From positions 32,001-96,000 of the forward strand of contig CAWJKT010000010.1 in assembly GCA_963843375.1 (NCBI GenBank): a DNA stretch of 64,000 bases. The letters are read 5' to 3'. Positions 58,941 through 64,000 of this stretch are shown here, in pieces. Origin of the DNA: an uncultured Pseudomonadota bacterium (GTDB lineage Bacteria > Oederibacteriota > Muellerivitia > Muellerivitales > Muellerivitaceae). Each line of letters starts with the position of its first letter. Position 1 is the first letter of the stretch. Both the position numbers and the translations under genes were made by a program. The notes under the pieces were generated by a model, which saw nothing but the letters and a program-made list of their open reading frames with translations, made no database searches and had not been told where the DNA came from.

Positions 58941-59672
58941 TCATTCTTTTGGCAAATCGGCTTCCAGAGTCATGCCGGGTTTCAACAAACCATCCGGATT
59001 ATCGAAAGTGATTTTGATGGCGTAAACCAGGTTGGTTCTTTCAGCTTCAGTTTGCACGTTTTTCGGGGTGAATTCGGCCTCGTCGTTGATGTGTGTGATC
59101 ATCCCTTGAAATGTTTTCCCCTTCATCTCTGGCAGAGTGGCATTCACCTTTTGGCCGTAGGAAAGTTTTACCAAGATCGGCTGGGGAACGTAAAAATAAC
59201 ACCAAACCTGTTGTAGATCGGCCAAGGTAAAAAGCTTGCTTCCCGGAGCCACCCAATCCCCCGGTTCATGGTATTTGGTGAGAATGGTCGCCTTCAGTGG
59301 GGAAGCAATTGAACACCACTGCACATGCAGATCCGCGAGCTGTTTTTGGGCCTTCAAATGGTTGAAAGTTTCCACAGGCATGGAGCCCGCTTGATAAAGT
59401 CTCAGTCCCCTGGCGTAATCATCATTTGCACTGTCCTGGGCAACCTTATAATCCGGCCCATCCAGGGTGACCAGCGGTTGTCCTAATGTGACGGCCTGTC
59501 CTTCGTCGGCCTGAAGGGAATTGACCGTGGAAGAAACTTGGGAAGCCACGTCGACCTCGGTGGCCTCCACCGTTCCAGCGTATGCAAACTTATTGGCTTG
59601 GATTCTCCAATAGATCAGAGCCCCCAAAACCAGAATGGCAAGGGGAATGAGGAACTTCAGCCGTTTTTTCAT
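58941..59672 (-). CDS. HlyD-family membrane fusion protein (YbhG-like)
   Basis: GTVEATEV, IASP, AEFTPKNVQT, LKPGM. Confidence 0.92.
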   Translation of the reverse strand: MKKRLKFLIPLAILVLGALIYWRIQANKFAYAGTVEATEVDVASQVSSTVNSLQADEGQAVTLGQPLVTLDGPDYKVAQDSANDDYARGLRLYQAGSMPVETFNHLKAQKQLADLHVQWCSIASPLKATILTKYHEPGDWVAPGSKLFTLADLQQVWCYFYVPQPILVKLSYGQKVNATLPEMKGKTFQGMITHINDEAEFTPKNVQTEAERTNLVYAIKITFDNPDGLLKPGMTLEADLPKE

Positions 59673-59676
59673 GGAT

Positions 59677-61131
59677 CTACTCCTTTCCCGCGAGGGACGA
59701 TATGACGGATAACTGCATTAATATCTGAACATTGTTTGAGGCGGCAAGTATATTGGCGTTTAAGGCCTGGAAATTTGCGGTTTGGACTTCCAGGAAACGA
59801 ACTGTTCCCGCTCGATAGGCTCCGTAGGTGAGTTTAGCCAATTCTTGAGTCTCGGACACCGCTGTTTCGTTTAAGTTCTGTTGGTATTCAAGCGACCTTA
59901 AAGAGTCACCAGCCTTGTTCCAGTCGCGCCAAAGGTCGGATCTGGCCTGGTCCAAGTCCTTCAGATAGGCTTCGGATTGTTGGCGTTTGGAATCCGAATC
60001 TTTCAGGATGGTGCCCCAATCAAACAAGGGCATGGTTGCCGATATGGAAATAATGTTTTGTTCTTTTGTTTCCGGTATCACCTGGTCGGCAGGATTCTCA
60101 AAACCAGCTTGGGCTGATAGCGTGATCTTGGGTAAAAGTTCGGAATTTAATGCGTTTGCCGCGAGGCGGGCGGAATCGGCTAGGTAGGCATAGGTCTTGA
60201 GTTGGGGGACCGAGTCGTCGGGAGGAACAGAAGATTCTCTTTGAAGGGGCCCAAGGGTGTCTTTCACCAAATCGGTGGAGAGCCAAGCCGTGGGATCCGG
60301 AATACCTTCTGGGAGGCCCCCTTCCATGTGGCTGTCGAGAGGACGGGTAAAATCGGCCGGTTCCTTTTCTCCCACCAAATCGAATAGATCTCTCAAGGAT
60401 TGGGCCAGATTGGCTTGGGCTTGGATGAACTGCCGCTGATAATTCAAAACTTCCTGGTGAGAGGATAACTGGTCCATCCGACTTGCGGTTCCGAAGCGGG
60501 CTTGGTGGACGATATCGGCGTACTGGGCCTGGGCAACTTTGAGAGAATCACCTAAGAGTCGGACCTGCTCCACGTTGATTTTCATTTGGAAATAAGCCAG
60601 TCTTACCGCCAAACGCAACTGCCTTTGGACGGCAAAATATTGTTGTTCCTGAGATTGGGAAGCCGCCGTAGAGCTGTTGGCCATGTTGTGCTGGGAACGA
60701 AAATCCCATAGGTTCCAGTTCAAGGTGGCCTGGGCGTTCCAGTTGTTGGCTTCACCGAAAGGCAGGTTGTGGATATAGGGCGGAAGGTTAAGATCGGGTA
60801 CAAAGGTTTGGTAGAAGTAAGTTCCACCCACCCCAAGCCGTGGAAACTCCGCTGCGCCCATTGAACCCGCCTCACTTCGAACGGATTCGTAGCTTAATTT
60901 CGCTGATTGAAGCATGGCGGAATTTTGAAAAGCTGTTTGAACCAATTCGGAAAGGAATAAGGCCAAATGGGTCACGGCCGCTTGATTTGGGTTTTTGGAA
61001 GGAGTAAAGGCCTCTTCTTGAGCCCTGGGACTAAAAGGAGCGAGGTTTGTGATTCCAGCGTTGTCGGATCCGGGTTGGCCCCAAACCCGAACAACGAGGA
61101 ACCATAGCAGTAAAGCAAGTTTTTGTTTCAT
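59677..61131 (-). CDS. TolC-family outer membrane efflux protein
   Basis: Signal peptide, helical repeats, WNLWD and PLFDWG, YRAG..FLEV; operon context. Confidence 0.85.
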   Translation of the reverse strand: MKQKLALLLWFLVVRVWGQPGSDNAGITNLAPFSPRAQEEAFTPSKNPNQAAVTHLALFLSELVQTAFQNSAMLQSAKLSYESVRSEAGSMGAAEFPRLGVGGTYFYQTFVPDLNLPPYIHNLPFGEANNWNAQATLNWNLWDFRSQHNMANSSTAASQSQEQQYFAVQRQLRLAVRLAYFQMKINVEQVRLLGDSLKVAQAQYADIVHQARFGTASRMDQLSSHQEVLNYQRQFIQAQANLAQSLRDLFDLVGEKEPADFTRPLDSHMEGGLPEGIPDPTAWLSTDLVKDTLGPLQRESSVPPDDSVPQLKTYAYLADSARLAANALNSELLPKITLSAQAGFENPADQVIPETKEQNIISISATMPLFDWGTILKDSDSKRQQSEAYLKDLDQARSDLWRDWNKAGDSLRSLEYQQNLNETAVSETQELAKLTYGAYRAGTVRFLEVQTANFQALNANILAASNNVQILMQLSVISSLAGKE

Positions 61132-61778
61132 TGGTTTTCCAGTCCTTTCTTGGGTGTAAGGGTTTTCAGAATCAAATCTACCCTTGTTTTAATTGCCTTA
61201 TCCGTGGCGACAGCGGTCCTGGCAACAGCAAAGGGGATGAAGCCCAAACGCTTCACTTCAAGGTGTTCCAACATGGCCACCATGATCAGTGGAAAAAGGC
61301 AGGTCCCCATAAGTACCGACATAATGGAGGGAAGCGGCATTTTACGAAGGGAGGCTTCTTTTTGGCATTGTCGCACCAAATCCACAATGGCTAGTCCATG
61401 ACGGGGAACGTTGGTCTTTAAAAAATCAAGAACGACTCGGTTTTTGTTTAACACGTCGTACAGAATGCCCAAGAGCATCCTCCGGTTCGTGCCCACGAAA
61501 CGACCCAAGGTATAAAGGGCCGAACGGAGCCTTTCCAGTGCGGGTCCATCCCCGGAAGTTTCCAGAGAAAATTGCCGGAAAAACTTCTCGTAAGTATCCT
61601 GTAAAACTGAACGGGTAAACTGCTCCTTGGTTTTGAAATGGTAATGGAACATCCCCAGGTTAACACCAGCCTTTTTGGCTACTTGGCGTAGGTTCATTTG
61701 AGACAGGCCGGATTTGTTGAGAAGATTCCTGGCGGCTTCTATGAGCCTTTGGTCGGTGTTTCCGGAAGGTCTCGACAT
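61128..61778 (-). CDS. TetR family regulator
   Basis: LRQVAKKAGVNLGMFHYHFKTKE. Confidence 0.92.
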   Translation of the reverse strand: MSRPSGNTDQRLIEAARNLLNKSGLSQMNLRQVAKKAGVNLGMFHYHFKTKEQFTRSVLQDTYEKFFRQFSLETSGDGPALERLRSALYTLGRFVGTNRRMLLGILYDVLNKNRVVLDFLKTNVPRHGLAIVDLVRQCQKEASLRKMPLPSIMSVLMGTCLFPLIMVAMLEHLEVKRLGFIPFAVARTAVATDKAIKTRVDLILKTLTPKKGLENQ

Positions 61779-61806
61779 ATTTTACCTTTTATTTTAATTA
61801 AAACCC

Positions 61807-61836
61807 TATACAGTTGTATAACTATACAACTGTATA
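61807..61836. promoter_or_regulatory. Perfect 14-2-14 inverted repeat, probable TetR operator
   Basis: TATACAGTTGTATA-AC-TATACAACTGTATA, ~30 nt upstream of tetR. Confidence 0.8.
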
Positions 61837-61920
61837 AAAAAAAGAACGTATGATGCAAAGCGTTGTTTCCCCCAACTTTTTTCTTTTTGGGCGGTTTAAA
61901 TCAACTTCAGGAGTCCATCA

Positions 61921-62568
61921 TTAGGGAACTGGTGTTGTCGCGGTTTGCTTGGCCAGTTCGACTGGGCTTGATTTTTCCTTAGCCACCTCGGCTTGGCGTC
62001 GCAAAATTTCATGCCGTACCGCGTTCAACAAGTCCTTTACCCCGCCTCGCATGTAATCGCCTGCGAAAGGAGCGTCAAAATTTTGCTTGGCGTTCAAAGT
62101 GTAAATAATTTCTAATCCCTTGTCTGGGTCTGGAACCAATTGCCAGGAACCCTCGTAAAACTCGAAATCCTTGTGGTCGATATCCGTGAAAATGATCGAT
62201 TGGTACCAGGTCTCATGGACGTCCAGAAGAACATGAACACTTTTGGTGAAAAAGAGGAATCCGCCTTCAAATACCTGCTCTAAAAGGAAATGATAGGGCC
62301 CTAAATCCTCAGTCACATGGCTTTTTTTTAGGCTTCCCACGAATTTTGGAATGTGTTCGTAACCCGTCAAAACATCCCAAACAGATGGGGTGTCATTGGC
62401 GACGTAAAAAGAACCGTTGATGTGGTAAGCGTGATCTTTTTCCTGGAAGTTGAGGGAAACGGCATCAGCGGCTTGGCTTGCGCCGCAGGAGAGAGCGACG
62501 CAAGCGGCCACCATCGCAGCCCCGTGAAAGAGCCGGCGATGAATTCTTTTTCTTTCCATGAGTGTCAT
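61921..62568 (-). CDS. Exported SRPBCC/polyketide cyclase family protein
   Basis: Signal peptide; VWDVLTGYEHIPKFV, FEFYEGSW. Confidence 0.8.
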   Translation of the reverse strand: MTLMERKRIHRRLFHGAAMVAACVALSCGASQAADAVSLNFQEKDHAYHINGSFYVANDTPSVWDVLTGYEHIPKFVGSLKKSHVTEDLGPYHFLLEQVFEGGFLFFTKSVHVLLDVHETWYQSIIFTDIDHKDFEFYEGSWQLVPDPDKGLEIIYTLNAKQNFDAPFAGDYMRGGVKDLLNAVRHEILRRQAEVAKEKSSPVELAKQTATTPVP

Positions 62569-62673
62569 GGTTTTGGTTCCTTCCCTAAAAAAAGGCCCCT
62601 TTGCGGAGGCCCTTATTTAGGGGCCCTCAAAGGCCCTTTGCAGGGCTCGAGGGCTCCATTATCCTAATTATTC

Positions 62674-64000
62674 TTAAAAGCTGAACTGGAACATCATACG
62701 GCCGACTGGAACTAAGGGGTTGCGGGTGACCGGGTTCAAGGGGTTGGCGTTGGAAGATTGGCTCGGTTCCTCGGTGAGTACGTACTCGCCGTCTCCGCCA
62801 AAAACTTCCGGCGTATCGATCAGCCACATGGCCTCGGCGATGATCTTGACATCCGGGTTCACCTTGCAAGTAATGGAAGGCAAGGTCAATTCATAGATCG
62901 CTTTGGTTCCCAAGATGGAAGTGGCCCATGGTCCGACCAAATGATCCACAGTTGCTCCCAGTGTTACCGATCCCGAACCGGTGTTCACCATACCCGCATC
63001 GGGGAAGAAAGCGGCGAAGCGGCCCGCAATCACCCAGGGATTGTCCCCAAGGGAGGCCTGGATCTCGCCCCCACCGATGTTAATCGTGCCGCCCGTCACT
63101 ACGTTCGAACCGATAGTTGTGGGGGCGAAGTTAGAGGCTGTAAATTGGGCTGCGTTGGCTTGGGCCTGGACGGTGAAGATCGTGTCACCCACAGGTGCAC
63201 GGAACTCTGCGTCCACGCTGGTCTGCCAGTACTGAGCGGTCACTCGACCATAATTAATCGCGGTTTTGCCCAAGTAGGGATTCCACTCGCCCGACAACAA
63301 GAAGTTGCCGTAATCGTCGGTCGTGGCGCTTCCTACGGTGACGTAGCTGCTTTCCAGGGCTGCGTCGGTGGAGTGTCCGGCGTTGCTGTCATTCAAGTAG
63401 ATCCCGTTCAAGTGGATAGCGAACTGGTTCGCGTCCGGCTTTTCGAAATCGGTCTGCTTGGGGTGCCAAGGGCTGTCCTTGATCCCATCGGTGATTCCCA
63501 AACGAACGAAGGTCATGGGCGGGAAGTTGAAATATTCCGGCAAGTAACGTTGCGGTAGGTCCGCCGCGCCGTCCTCAACCCCCACGATGGCGTCAAAGTC
63601 GCCGCTCTTGCCCGACAATGCGATTCCTTCGTCGTAACCCATTCCGAAGAACATGGTCATGAGTTCGGATTTCTCGGTGAAGAGCAGGTTCGCGTCGTAA
63701 TCGGCGCTTTCCAGGTTGGCCGGTTCACGGAACTGGCCCAACATCACGGAAACGCCTTCCGTCAAGGGAACATTGGCGTCGAATTCCAGAAGGTTAATCT
63801 GGTTATTGGAGGTGGAATAGGCTTCCCCCCCAAAAGCGGTTTCGAAGAAAAAGTCAATTCCCTTATATTTGCCGTCCGCCAAGAGACGGTTCTCCGTGTC
63901 GAACAAGTAAACCCGAGCTTTGTCCCGGAGGGGATCGTCAGCTTCATATTCTAATTCCCCCAGTTCCTGGAAACGCCCGCCCAGGTGTAACGTCAAGTCC
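62674..64000 (-). CDS. Outer-membrane porin-like beta-barrel (5' partial)
   Basis: GQFREP (OprO/P-like), alternating beta strands, C-terminal FQFSF. Confidence 0.7.
   Translation of the reverse strand, partial: DLTLHLGGRFQELGELEYEADDPLRDKARVYLFDTENRLLADGKYKGIDFFFETAFGGEAYSTSNNQINLLEFDANVPLTEGVSVMLGQFREPANLESADYDANLLFTEKSELMTMFFGMGYDEGIALSGKSGDFDAIVGVEDGAADLPQRYLPEYFNFPPMTFVRLGITDGIKDSPWHPKQTDFEKPDANQFAIHLNGIYLNDSNAGHSTDAALESSYVTVGSATTDDYGNFLLSGEWNPYLGKTAINYGRVTAQYWQTSVDAEFRAPVGDTIFTVQAQANAAQFTASNFAPTTIGSNVVTGGTINIGGGEIQASLGDNPWVIAGRFAAFFPDAGMVNTGSGSVTLGATVDHLVGPWATSILGTKAIYELTLPSITCKVNPDVKIIAEAMWLIDTPEVFGGDGEYVLTEEPSQSSNANPLNPVTRNPLVPVGRMMFQFSF

Overview
The window looks like two unrelated genomes joined at about 19,673. 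LEFT (1 to ~19,673; about 70% GC by eye, many single-base frameshifts): an actinobacterial, Acidimicrobiia-like lipid/steroid-type catabolic cluster. It holds five acyl-CoA dehydrogenases, an enoyl-CoA hydratase, a CaiB CoA-transferase, an acyl-CoA ligase, P450 plus ferredoxin and a TetR regulator, along with DksA-like, Mug, secreted proteins and a probable GT2-methyltransferase fusion. A TGAC-N6-GTCA palindrome occurs three times in front of the catabolic operons. RIGHT (~19,674 to 64,000; about 50% GC, diderm because it has TolC and a porin): a 35 kb island of low-oxygen/NO/iron-centre-stress-type genes. These include two Ric/YtfE paralogs, a hemerythrin, a diheme cytochrome c, an AhbD-like radical SAM, tandem PRTases, an orphan COX-IV, a ferritin-like di-iron protein, a desaturase, HppA, a GGDEF protein and transporters. 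Main signals: (1) Fifteen intergenic copies of TATGAY-N4-RTCAT occur, 14 of them 21-22 nt from a -10-like hexamer. That places them at about -41.5, like class II Crp/Fnr sites, and defines a candidate large regulon whose regulator is not in the window. (2) One of these promoters drives a ~410-nt highly structured transcript with no credible ORF (39612-40020). It has a duplicated 21-nt hairpin module and its own terminator, and is a candidate novel large ncRNA. All product calls come from motif recognition; no database searches were run.
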